From: Plasmodiophora brassicae
Taxonomy: Eukaryota
Direction of reading: 5' to 3'
Assembly: GCA_036867785.1 (NCBI GenBank)
Contig: CP145414.1
Span: 248,001 to 312,000, forward strand
Length of the DNA stretch: 64,000 bases
Each line of letters opens with the position of its first letter. Position 1 is the first letter of the stretch. Made by a program: the position numbers and the translations under genes. Below the pieces are notes generated by a model that saw only the letters and a program-made list of their open reading frames with translations, was not told the DNA's origin and did no database searches. This document shows positions 1-13,046 of the stretch, in pieces.

Positions 1-1395
<1,395 letters not shown>

Positions 1396-1484
1396 GACAG
1401 CCATTTGCCGCCGTCCATCCCCCGCTGCCGCCTACCAGATTGTATCCATCATAAATAAGTTGTTGCAGGCCGACGCCCTCTCGA

Positions 1485-2847
1485 TCATAGTTCAGGACGG
1501 TCGGTACTCCCTGCGTACTGGGAAATTCGTTGACGAAGCAGGCTGCCCAGGACGTCCTTCGCGTAGTACTGAACGACATCGAGGCGCGCTTGCCGGCCTT
1601 TCGCCTTCCGACCATGGACGTCATCGTGCACGAGTCGCATGAGCGTTCGCAAATGGTGGACGCTCGGGCGTGCCCAGCGATGCCCTTGAAACGCGCCGCC
1701 GTCGATGGTATCCATGCCGTCGTAACGCAGTGGGTACCCGTTCGCTTCCGTCATGAACGCGGTCGGTCCCGACCCTTTTGCAGACGCTTGTCAATGGCGT
1801 CCATCTGTAACCATACCCACGTACAGTTGGTTGCAATGATGGGAATACCGCAGGCCATGGCTTCGACGTGCGGGCGACCCCATCCCTCGCCTCGGCTTGG
1901 CAGGACGAACACATCAGCGGCACGATACAGCGATGGCATCTGCTCATCCGGTAGCCCTTCAGGCAGAACGACCAGCGTTTCGGGCGGCGACAGTCCATGT
2001 TTCTCTCGAAGAACGCGGCCAATCTCTCCAGCATAGTCGTTCGTTGTCGAATGGTACCCGTGCGTCAGAATCATTAGACAGACGGAATCACCATCGCCAG
2101 CGAATTCCTTCGCGAACGCCTCCACTGCAATGTAGGTATTAGAGCAGCAGACGTGAGATAGCGACTAAACGCTCTGACCGTACCGAGAATGTCCCACGCT
2201 TTCCGAGGTTCCCATTTGAAGATGGACAGGAAGACGGAAGATGCCGAGGCACATGGGCCAGGTCGTGTCATTCGCGGGCCGTCCGGTCGGAACCAATCAG
2301 TGTCGACAGGTTCGGGCACGACCTCGACAATGGTCTTGCTAACGAGGGGCGCCATGATGCCCTTCATATGGTCGGTTGGCACCCAAATGCGATCCATGCG
2401 GTCGAGGCGTGGCGGCCACCCATCCGGCAGGCGATCCGTCTCAAACATGGTTCGGCCGATGGTGACGGCTGCCCCTGATCGTGGCGGGCACTCCGATGTG
2501 TGATATAAAGCCGGAGCCCAGGCGCCGGGCTCGCTGTGGCAGACGACGATCGCCGACGACGTCGACGTCAGAGAATAGAAACGATTCTCCATGGCCTTCA
2601 GCCTGGATCGCGTCGATGCATCGAGGCCGGCCACGAAACCCCGATCGACGCTGTCGCCATGATGCCGGATCGCGACGTCCAGCCCGGCGTCCTGCATGGC
2701 CAGCACGAAGTCAATCGCCTCGCTGCAGTACCCCCCGCCGCTCCAGAACGGCGCCATCCAGATGACCGTCGGCGGCGCCGCCGCACCGACCGCCCACGCC
2801 GCCAGCAGCACCACCGCGACGACGACCCGCACCCGCACGGGCATCAT
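1485..2847 (-). CDS. GT-B (family 4-like) glycosyltransferase with N-terminal signal peptide/anchor; multi-exon
   Basis: RTMFETDRLP, FKWEPRKAWD and ADVFVLPSRGEGWGRPHVEAMACGIP (EX7E) motifs; hydrophobic N-terminus; C-terminus ...DRPEL. Confidence 0.88.
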
Positions 2848-3080
2848 CCCCCGGCCCCCATCAATTGCAAAATGACGCCGGGCGCTGCATCGTCGACGGG
2901 GTCGGCATGCAGCGAGGCACAGTGTGGCACGCGGGGGGCGTTACATCCGACGTCGGGCGGCAACGTCGACATTATATTCTTTTATGCTCCGATGTGTAAC
3001 GCCGATCCGACCCACCCACTGTCCCCACCTGTCCCTGTCTCTGCAGTTGTTGCGTAGACGACACGCAGTGCAGGCCACAC

Positions 3081-3785
3081 TCACTGGCTGGAGACGTGGA
3101 CAGCGCGCGTGCTGCCGGCACAGGCGGCGCATCCGAGCAGGTATTCGTCCTTGCCGTTCCTGGCGCGGGACGGGTGCTTCCCGTAGAAGACGCACGTGCT
3201 GTCCTCGGGGCACGGTTGCGCTCGGGCGTTGAACCCGAACGTGTGGCAACGGGTGCAGAAGTGGGTGGTGCCGCCGCAGAAGTACGCCGCAATGCCCGTG
3301 CAGCAGTACCGGCACTTGTACTCGAGGTAGTCCAGGCCGTGTTGCTTGCACTTCACGCGGCCTGAACCGGCACACGACGAACACACGACATCAGCGGCGT
3401 TGACCTGCACTTGTGCATCGGCCGGTTCACAGTCGATGATCCCGCCGAAAAAGGCCTTGCGACAACGATGGCACCGGTAGAACGCCAGCTTGTCGGGTGT
3501 CGCATCAATGTCGATAGCCTTCTTTAGACGGTTCACCTGCTCCTGCAACTCCAGGGCCACGTTAACGCGCGTCGAAGGCGAATCTGACCGCCCGATCGCC
3601 ATGCGGCATGTCGGACAGGTCAGGAATGCAAACGTCATCCGGGATCCACTGTCCAGATGTTGTAGACCGGTCTCAAACTGCGCGTCCAGGCATTCGCGAT
3701 GGAAGCGGTGCCCGCATTTCAGCGCAGAGCCGCCTCGTTTCCGGACGCCGTCCAGGCAAATTGCACACGTCTCAGACGTCTTCAT
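3081..3785 (-). CDS. Stand-alone RING + tandem-cysteine (MYCBP2/Highwire/RPM-1 C-terminal RCR-type) E3 ubiquitin ligase, 234 aa, intronless
   Basis: RING CAIC..CGHRFHREC..RMTFAFLTCPTC followed by YRCHRCRKAFFGG..C, CKQHGLDYLEYKCRYCC, YFCGGTTHFCTRCH and EYLLGCAAC, colinear with the MYCBP2 C-terminus. Confidence 0.9.
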   Translation of the reverse strand: MKTSETCAICLDGVRKRGGSALKCGHRFHRECLDAQFETGLQHLDSGSRMTFAFLTCPTCRMAIGRSDSPSTRVNVALELQEQVNRLKKAIDIDATPDKLAFYRCHRCRKAFFGGIIDCEPADAQVQVNAADVVCSSCAGSGRVKCKQHGLDYLEYKCRYCCTGIAAYFCGGTTHFCTRCHTFGFNARAQPCPEDSTCVFYGKHPSRARNGKDEYLLGCAACAGSTRAVHVSSQ

Positions 3786-5147
3786 TCAACACCGGTCGGC
3801 GGTACGGTCGGACCGGACATGGACCGTGGTACGTGACAGAAAAGGGCCGGAACGCCGAACGCCCGGTGCGCCGGCGCCCGCTTTAACAGGGGCGCTATTT
3901 GTGGACCCTCGTCCGTCGTCAATGCCGTCAACATGACAACATCCAGCGTCCTCGGTGCCCTGTCAAGGGGTCATGGCACCTCATGAAGTACGTCGCTGTA
4001 GAACAAAACCTAAAGGAGGTATGCTCCAGACAAAAACGCAGACCTTCCGGTTTTGCTGTGAGTGCGAGGTTCGCATCAGTAGTGCACAAAAGCAACCCTC
4101 GTGACACCTGCATCACGTCGCGCATTTCCCAACGTCAGACGAGGAGGCCGTGATGGATGACAACTGGAGAGACGCAATTGAGGCGGATCAGCAGAAGGCG
4201 ATGAGAGAGCGCGACGTGTTCCCGCAAACTCCGAGGGATCTCTAGGACATCGATTTGGACACCTTCGCACCCGTGGCAAAGCTGGCGACTCTGCGTCTGC
4301 TGATCGCGCTGTCTTGATGTCCCTCTGCCACGCAGTTCTTAGGAGACGGACCGACGCGGTCGTAAGAGCAGTACGTATACTATCGTCCCATCATTTTCAG
4401 CGGGATCAGCAGAGGCAGGGTCGCCAGCTTCGATTCGCCACGGGTGCGCTGCTTCCGGTTCAATGATCACCAGCAAACGTTCTTCTTCTGTGCGGTACTG
4501 GCACGAAACGGCCGGAGGCAAACGTCATGCTGGCGAAACAATTGCAGACAGTACGCGAAGCGCCTGGAAGGGGAAGGCCCCCGAAACACGAAGCACACCG
4601 GAGCAACGCCGTACGGCAGGCGGGCGGACCGCGTACGGCGTCCTGGAAGTTTCCTGCGAGTCGAATGCCGTACGGCATCCGTGCGGAGTGGTTCGTGCGG
4701 CGTTCAGTCTGGCTATTGTCCTGCCATGTCCAAGAAGGGCGTCGCAGGGCGTTGATCTTGGAGATGGGTGAACGTGAGGCAGAGGTCCCTGTGAGGGTCA
4801 AATTCTGTTTTAATGAGTCGTAGCACGCTGCTGGGATCGACATCTGTCTGTCTCGAGGGGTCTGCATCACGGTCCCCATCTCCAACGACAAGCCGGGATT
4901 GTCCGATGATGCAAGTCTGGATTCTCTAGTGCTTTGGACCCACACAGATTTATCCGGCCCTCTGCGGCTGGTGCGAACCCAATCTGTGCCATCACGATGT
5001 GAGACACCGCGCGCTCGTCGCTGTCTGAGGACATCCGCCTTGTTGCCCATTCGCACGTAGGGCCGCCATATCTAATACACATGCGCCTGTCTGCGTTCTG
5101 CCTGCTGGCTCTGTGACCGTGTGGGTTCGTGACTGCCACTGCCACGA

Positions 5148-6218
5148 ATGGGGTGTTCAGCATCACGCCATGATGTTGTCGATCGGCGCACGTTCTGCAT
5201 CGCGGTCGTTGGCCTGGATAACGCCGGCAAGAGCACCGTCGTCAACAACATCACCGGCAATTACCAGGGCCTGATCACGCCCACCATCGGGTTCGCTAGC
5301 TTCAAGGCGGACACGCCCGACGCCGAACTAACGCTGTACGATCTCGGGGGCGGCTCCAACATTCGGCAGTACTGGAGCAAGTACTACCACGAGGTCCGCC
5401 CATTGCCACGAGCGGGCATCGAATCCCGCACTGACCGCCTCGAGACTAGCTTCATGGCCTGATCTTCGTCGTCGACTCATCCACGATCGCCGCGCGCTCT
5501 GCCGACGTCGAAGCGGCACTGACGTCGACAGCGAATGACAAGATGGTGGCCGGCAAGCCCATTCTAGTGTAACGGAGGAGGGCGTCCTATGACAGAACTG
5601 ACCCCGCCGTGGCTCATCGTGCGTGCTTCGGTACAACAGGTTAGCCAATAAGCAGGACCTACCGGACGCCTGGAGCCCGGGCGAGATCGTCAAGGCGATC
5701 GGCCTCGATAGACTGCAGAACATAACCTATCACGTCGAGCAGTGCATGTGTGCACGCCGCCGGCCTGTGCATCATGGTCGACCTGCTGACCGATGGATCG
5801 CACAGCGCCTATGTGAAGCCGAACCCGGACGACACCAGCGGCCCGGGTGTGCCTGTGCCCGACGCCAGCATCCCGCGAGGCGTCCAGTGGCTAATCGGCG
5901 CCATTCAGAAAGACCTGGACGCCCTGGAACGAAGAACGCAGGCGGACACGGCCGCCTGGAGAGAGCAGGAAGCGCAGCGCAAGGTCGCGTGGACGGGATT
6001 CGGACGTCGTCTGCTGCCAGTCTGACAGAACCGCAGGAAGAACAAAGGCGGCGCGTGTCGCAGATTCGGGCAGCGAGAGAAGCATCGGAGAAGGCGGCGG
6101 CGGCATCTGAAACCCTGTCCCCGGGCGACAAGGTTCGTGGATCGATGCGTGTACCGACCTGTTGATTCACCACCCAACGCTCCTCCGATCGCAGGCTACT
6201 GTCGCACCTCAAACCTAA
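5148..6218 (+). CDS. ARL13: ARL13-like ciliary small GTPase; multi-exon (first intron 5394-5449)
   Basis: MGC N-terminus, GLDNAGKS, PTIGF, DLGGG (Gly at the usual catalytic Gln, as in ARL13), LANKQD; C-terminal charged coiled coil. Confidence 0.85.
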
Positions 6219-6334
6219 CCGATTTTACATACAACAGCAATGGGTAGTCAGTCTCTGGCACATCACGATACCGGTCGCGGCCGCCTGGTGACGACACCTT
6301 ACCGCGAGGCTCTTGTTGCTCAGGACCCCGCTAC

Positions 6335-7215
6335 CTAGGCGATCCAGTTGGGGCCATTCTCGCCCAGCTTGTCCGCGACGTTCACGATCTGAACGTCATA
6401 TCCGATCGACAGCAGCAGCGCTCGTATGACGTGGACGTCCGGGTCGTCGTCGGGCAGGACGACCCTGGGCGTGCGGTCCTCTTCGCAGAGGAAACCGGGC
6501 AGGCCGCGAAGGTCCCACGGGTCGCGCTTGTGCAGCCGACAGATCTCCGACGGGATGTGCCGCTCCTCGACGCCCGCCTCCACCATCAGCTCCACGAACC
6601 GGTTGATATTCTGGTCGCTGTGGCGTTTGGCGACGATGGCCTTGAACTTGTCCTGTCGGGTTGGCCGCCCGACGTGTCCCGTCTTCGGATGGTACGTGCT
6701 CATCTCGTCAATTTCCTCTGCAGCACGCTCTGAGATACGTACAACCGGGGCCAGCGCGTCTGGCCCAGCACATCGAGTACCTGACGTAAGGAAGATCTTC
6801 TCCATGTCCTCTACGATCATGTGTCATCGGCACGACGTATGCCGGGGCGCACGCAGCGACAATCGACGTTACCGATGTATCGGGCGGCGCTCAGCACCTC
6901 GGCGCGCTTGGCGAGCACAACCAGCAGCGTATCGCCGCGCTTCGCCTCATGGAGTGGACGGCTGGGATTCTGCTTCCTGATCTTCTCGAGGTCGTCGAAC
7001 CTGTTGTCCCACCGCTCGACCGCATCCCGCTTCATGCGATACGCTGTGCGCTTCAGGTCCCTCGCCGTCTATACGGGACACACACACACACAGACGCGGC
7101 ACGCGAATCAGCAGCAGGAAGGTGCGGCCACGACACCCCGCCCCACCGGCGCTTTCGTACTTTGCCATCGCGGCCCCGCGCCTGCGTTCCACAGGCGGCG
7201 GCGCACCCGGATCAT
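6335..7215 (-). CDS. Hypothetical protein, possibly mitochondrial; about 3 exons
   Basis: Coding-like ORFs 6335-6820 and 6817-7035 plus Arg-rich N-terminus MIRVRRRLWNAG..WQST; no recognised domain. Confidence 0.55.
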
Positions 7216-7475
7216 GCCACGCTCCGACTGAGCAGGACACGCGGCGCGCGCGGATCTCCGCTGGCAGGTGGGCGGACGACAGAGGAGTGAGGCCACGACT
7301 GGACAGCAGGGGACAACGGAAGGAGATCGCACCTGGCAGCAGTGGAAGGCGCGGTTGTCGTCTGCCCGGTCTATTTTATAGCATGGAATATATACCGCTA
7401 CTATCGAATGTAGACGTGCAGGTTGCACTCGAGATGGTATAGGCTGGGGGCGTCGTCGGCGATGTCGCGCAGGGG

Positions 7476-10400
7476 TCATGCGTACCCGAACCCGACGTGG
7501 TCGATATGGGACAGGACGATCTGCATCTTGTTGCGAACCAGGTCGGCGTCGGCGTAGTCGGGCATGTCGAGCGTGTGGAAACACGTGTGCCCGACCGGGA
7601 GCCGATCGCCGCCGCTCATCTTGCGGATCGTGATCTTCCTTTGTAGGCCGCCCATCGGCAGGCACGACAACGACGTGCACAGGCGGAGGAACCGCCGAAG
7701 GTCTTCCTCGCTGCACGTGTTCAGGAACGCCACCAACATGTCCGGCGTCGGGCTGTCTTGCCAGGCGTCCTCGAAGACGACCTCCCGAAGGACCATGGCG
7801 CTATCGATGCTGGGGACCCCGCATATGAGTATTCGCAGGTCGGCGGGGGCCAGCCGGGCGCACTGGTCCCGAAGCCCTTGCAGCGTGAAGAAACCGGTTC
7901 GCAGCGCCTCCAGCTGCGGTCGTCGCCGCTCGATCAGGAACTGCCTGATCTTGTCGCGGACGTACGCGCGACGATTGCAGGGCAGCGGCATGTCCGTCTG
8001 CACGTCCATCGATGTCACCGACGACGACATGGACGCCGTCATCATGTTCCGGAACGAGTTTGCCATCGTCCGGTCGTAGTCGTACAGGTCGGACAGGTCC
8101 GGGTCGATGTCGAGGAAGAACTTGATCATGGCCGACGAGAACTGTAACGGGACAACGCGGCCGTCGATCAGCGTCTTGCACATGGCCTTGCCGATGGCGG
8201 CGTAGAACGACAGGCTAAAGTTCTGCGGGTTCGGCAGGTACGACGGCCCGGACGTTGGGCAGTCCTCCTCCGGGGCGCACTCGAACAGGTTCTCCCCGGG
8301 CGCGACAATCTTCAGGAAGAACTCTGTGAACAGGTCCGCCGTCAACCCGCCTGGAGACACAGCGCCCATCAGCACAGCGTTGGCACAGTGGAGCCGCTCG
8401 CGTGCGTGACCTTGATCAATGCCCTGCGAGGACTGCTGGCTGTACTTTGTGCGGAAGTTCATCAGCAGGTCGGCGCTGACGGCCGTCTCCAGCGACGTGA
8501 TCACGCCGTACAGGATGCTGTCGCGCTCGACGTGAATGAGGAAATCCTGTGACCGCCGTGGCTGGGAGGCCAGGAACGCCTGCAGCTGATGCACCCTCCC
8601 GTCGCTTGTCAGGCGGACCAGCTGCCGCCAGGCGATCATCTCCTTGACAATGTCGCCGGAGCAGAACGGGAGGTCCAGCGATTCGCTGGCGGAGCACTGC
8701 CCGGATACCAGGGCGCCCAGCAGCTCCCTGACGGTTTCGGGCGTGTCGACCGGCAACGGGGGCACCACTTTCGTGCCGACAATCAAGTCGTCGCCGGTGA
8801 CCCATTTGTAGAGCAGCTGAGCAACCGCGATCGTGTCCGATGTGCACCCGTCGGCGTCGACGCTCATTTGCAGAGACGAGTACAGGCGCGCGCGCGAGAA
8901 ATCGATCAGCACCGGCGAGAAGTCGAACGACACGAGAAGGATGTTTCGCGGGTGCAGGTTCCCGTGGCACATGCCCCGGGCGTGCAACGCCGACAGCGCT
9001 CGTAGGATGAGTATGACCAGGTGGCGAACCTAACGAGGCCGGACAATAGTCAGGAATCGCATGTCGAGGCGTGCGCCAGCGCGCCTCTGGTGTCCCGGGC
9101 GTACCTCGTGCCCTTCTGGGCGACTGGCCAGCCAGTCCTCGGCGTTGCCTTTCTCGTAGATCGGCGACTCGATGTACGCGAACCCCGTGCCCGGGTCGAG
9201 GAAGACGGTGCTGACAGGTGCGACAAAGATACAGGTCTCCTGCAGGGCGCCGCGAACGGCGACGTCTGCCGACAGCGCCTGGAACTGGGCCGCATCGCTC
9301 AGGTCGAACTGCTTCAGGACGCATGGCTCATGCCCATGCAGAAGGCAGCGTGTCACCCGCGGCGACAGCGGGCTCGTCTCCAGCGTGTACTCCTCCAGGG
9401 AGCACAACGAGACCAGCCCGGTGCGCCGAACCGGGTCCGGGAGCGCCGCCCACGGATCGACGACCTCGGCCGAATCCGCCATCGCCGCCGCCGCCATGCT
9501 CTCCACGCTGGCCGCCTCCTGCCGCGCCTTGTCCAACCGGGCGGTCGCCTCCGCCTGCGCGACGGGCGCCACGCCATGCACCCGCATCAGCTCCAGCTCG
9601 CACGACATCCGCGCCAGCTGCGCCCGCAGGTCCACCATCCGGCCCGACAGCGACGCGCGCTGCACCGCCTTGGCCTGACACCCAGACAACCCGTCATTCT
9701 CTGGATCCGAGTCAAGGGTCAACAAAAATAAAAATAAAGTCACGCGGTGCGCGGCGCGTTACGTCGCGCAAAACACAAATAGACCGCCGGGGCACTGCGG
9801 CAGTGGCGCATCCACGGGGAAATGATGCGCCCGTCGGCGTGCGTTTACCTCGGCGAGCGTGAACGACGGCCGCGGCCGCGTCGTCACCGCCACGCAGTAG
9901 TCGTACAGCGCCATGCAGTCGGCGTGCAGGCGCTCGGCGACGTCCCCGGCCATGTGCGTCAGCTCGGCGGCCAGCTGGGCGGCCGCCCCCGCAAGGGTCG
10001 CGCGCGCCTCCCGCTCGGCCAGCGTCGACGCCGACACGCGGTCGGCGACGGCGCGCGCGTCATCGATTCTGGGCGTGATCGCCATGTCCGTATCGTCGGG
10101 CGTCGTCGTGTCCGACTCGTTCTGCGCTTTGTGCTCCGTGGCCATGCCGTCGTCGTCCGCCTTGTCGTCATCAGGGACGGCGGCGAGCTCCTGCATGACC
10201 GCCTCGCACTGGTCGCGACGCTTGCTGCACCCGTCGAGCCACGTCCTGGCCAGGTCGACGCACTCGCTGACACTCTTGTCGACCCTCGCCGCCGGCGACG
10301 CGTCGTCGTCGCCAATCGAGGTCGACCTCGACAGCAGCATCGAGGCCGCCGCCTGCGACGACGCCTGCAGTGCGTTCTTATCGGCGATGGTTCGCGATGC

Positions 10401-10940
10401 CAGATCAATGGCAGGCGAGGCCAGCGCCATCGCGCGCGTCGCCGTCGCCGCGTACCGCTCGGCGGCGACCGCCAGCTGGGCGGACGTCAATCGGTCGCAC
10501 AGGCGATGGATCTGCAGGATCATGCTGCGCTGGTGGAGCAGGACGGCGTACCGGGCCTCCCTGACAAGGACGACCTGGCTGTCCAGCTGCTTCTTCATCG
10601 ACGTGATCGCCTGCGACGCCTGCAGGATGGGCGGGACGACGTCGACGATCGCCTGCGCCAGGGCCTGCGACCCGGTCCAGAACGACATCTCCCGGCGCAG
10701 GTCAGCCATCAGGCGCTGCCTGTCGATCGGGGGCGGCGGAGGTTCGGGTCGGGGCCCGTCGCACGCCTCGCATTTGTCGGGGCCGGTGACGTTCAGGAAC
10801 GTGCACTGGGCGCATTCCCACGGTTCCGGCGGTCGCGTGGCCTGGGCCGCCCCTCGTGGCGTCGCCGGGTTATTGCAGACCGGGCAGACCGTCGTGCTGT
10901 CGTCCGGGAAGATGAACGTGCACCGCGAGCAGGCGACCAT
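7476..10940 (-). CDS. HECT E3 ligase fused to two RanBP2/NZF zinc fingers, a coiled coil and a kinase-like domain; introns 9675-9848, 9030-9104 and 8351-8410
   Basis: CSRCTF..CPVC and WECAQCTFLN..CEAC; VLKQF, CHGNLHPRNILL, LIDFS; HECT GIDQGGLT..LPNP..LPVGHTCFHTLDMPDY..GFGYA; splice junctions keep the frame. Confidence 0.88.
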
Positions 10941-11159
10941 GACGGCCGGGGGCGATCCCGCCGTCGCGCCCAATCGGCCTCGGTCCCAGTGTGTGTGCGG
11001 CCTGATAGCAAGTCACCCCTGTGACGGATGGGCAACCCTGTCTGTGTGTGCCCCCGCCCTGCCACCACCACCACCACCGCCCACGATCGCTCCAGCACGT
11101 TCTCGAACACGGCGGCGCCTGCGCGTCTGCGCCTGTCGACGATCTATCGCGTCGTGCGG

Positions 11160-12911
11160 TCACACCGGGACGATTCGTGTAATGTTGCCCAGCTGCGCGT
11201 GCAGGTCGTCCAGGTCCAACGGCTGCGTCCCGGGCACCTGTGTGTGGGGGGAGCGGCTCCGATCAGTGGACCACCCCGCCGACGCCATGCGACAGTACCT
11301 TTCGGTTCGCGATCCGGGTGCCGAACTGGATGGCACGTTTCTGCAGGCGCGCCACGTGGTGCAGGCCGAGCTCGGCGGCCGCCTGGCGCAGGATCCGCTT
11401 GTCGCCGCCGGCCGCGTCCAGACGCGCAACCTGTTTCAGGTCCAGAGCCCGGACGAACCCGTGCACGTCGCGGTCGAGGTACGGGTACAGGGTGTCGCGG
11501 CCGTGGTCGGCGCACAGGCGATCATCGCGACCCAGATTCCTGCGATGTAATCGTCGGAAGTCGGCGTCAATCTCACGAGCCGCCTCCGGCCACCCGCCGC
11601 GACGGAACGCGGTTCGGTGCCGGCCGTACCCGCCGAACAGCTCGTCGGCACCTAACCCTGACAGGAGCACGCGGCTCGCCGATGTGTACGGGCGCCACAG
11701 GTCGTCCGACCCGTACAGGTCGACAGCGTTGCCGAATTGGCCATCGCCGCCATCGCCAACGTAACGACAGTGCGCCGACTGGATCAGCGTTGTGTGGCCG
11801 CTGTCGTGGAGCACCCGCCCACGTCCTCGTGAGGAGAACCAGAGCACAGCGCCGAGGTTCATGTCCATAACGGTGCGGTGCGGGTGCAGGAGCGCCGCCA
11901 GACGCTGCGCTTCGTTGCGAACGTCCTCCAACGTCACATCGATCGCGACCAGGCGGTACTCACGCCCGGGACAGCATCGACGAAGCTCGACCAGGGCGTT
12001 CAGCGCCGTCTGCCGATCGGGGACGGCGAGCGGCGACGACCCGAACGCGAAGTTCAACAGATCAATGGGACAACCGGTGGGGAGGCACCTGTCGGCGAGC
12101 GCCGCTGTGTACACGAAACGCATTCAGCCCGGGAACGAGAGGCGCGCGTGCAGAAGCGCTTACCGAGCACTGTGCAGTCCAGGCCGCCCGAGAACAGGAT
12201 GCCGATCGGGGCGCCGTCGACCTGGCGGTCCAGAAGCGTCGTGCGACGCCGCACGGATCGCAGCAGACGCTCGAGGAGCTCCATGTGCGGCGGTTGCTTC
12301 AGCGAGGGCATCGGCATGACGGGCAACACCGGATCCGCGCCCAGCTGCGCTTCACCTCGCACATGCGGCCAGGGTTCCAGCGTCACGCCCTTCGCGTCGT
12401 CGTTGCCGTCGTCGTCGACGGACCGCCAGAAGACGCCCGTGCAAGGCAATTCCCGCCACTGCGACGACGCGCCATCGGCCACGGACGCAATCGCGAACGG
12501 CTGCTGTCGGGTCAGCAGGCTTCGCCGGCCGAGCATGTCCCTGCACAGGAACAGGCGCCTGGACGCGTGCGCGTAGTACACGATCGCGAACGGGCCGCGC
12601 ACTCGCGACAACGACCGTGCGATCTCGGCCGGGTCGCCGCGGCACTCCCGCAGCACATCCCTGAGGAAGGTCGTGTCGCTCTCGCCGCTCGGCACGGCGT
12701 CGTCGTCGAACAGTTCGCCGTTGAACGCGAGCAGGTCGCCATTGTCGCAGACGGCGGGCTGCGTCGTGGGAACCCGGCCGCGCACATGCAGGACCGACGC
12801 CGCCAGCCGCAGCGGCGACGCCGGGATGGCCGCCACGCCGCAGTGGTCCGGCCCGCGCCGCTCCAGCCACTGCAACGGCACGTCGCCGTCGCCGCACCAG
12901 ATGCCGCACAT
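11160..12911 (-). CDS. ASNSD1: Asparagine synthetase domain-containing protein 1; multi-exon
   Basis: MCGI N-terminal nucleophile, RRGPD, FNGE, RDMLGRRSLL, LFSGGLDC, GLGADELFGGY, RNLGRDDR, KRAIQFG. Confidence 0.92.
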
Positions 12912-13046
12912 GCCCCACGGACGCGTCTGCAGTCCACCAGTGGCGCAATTCTCGCCGAGGCGGGCCCGTGTAACGCGCGCCCCACGGGGGAGCAACTGCG
13001 TCGATGCAGCTGCAGCTGCAGCAGAGTCGCGCATCGCCGGGGCTCC

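Noticed and set aside
3928-5060. Fragmentary lower-GC ORFs between the RCR ligase and ARL13
   Set aside because: No recognisable domain or consistent splice model; may be a decayed gene or TE but unsupported
9822-11550. Long + strand ORFs (400 and 545 aa)
   Set aside because: Shadow ORFs opposite the HECT and ASNSD1 genes in GC-rich DNA; no motifs
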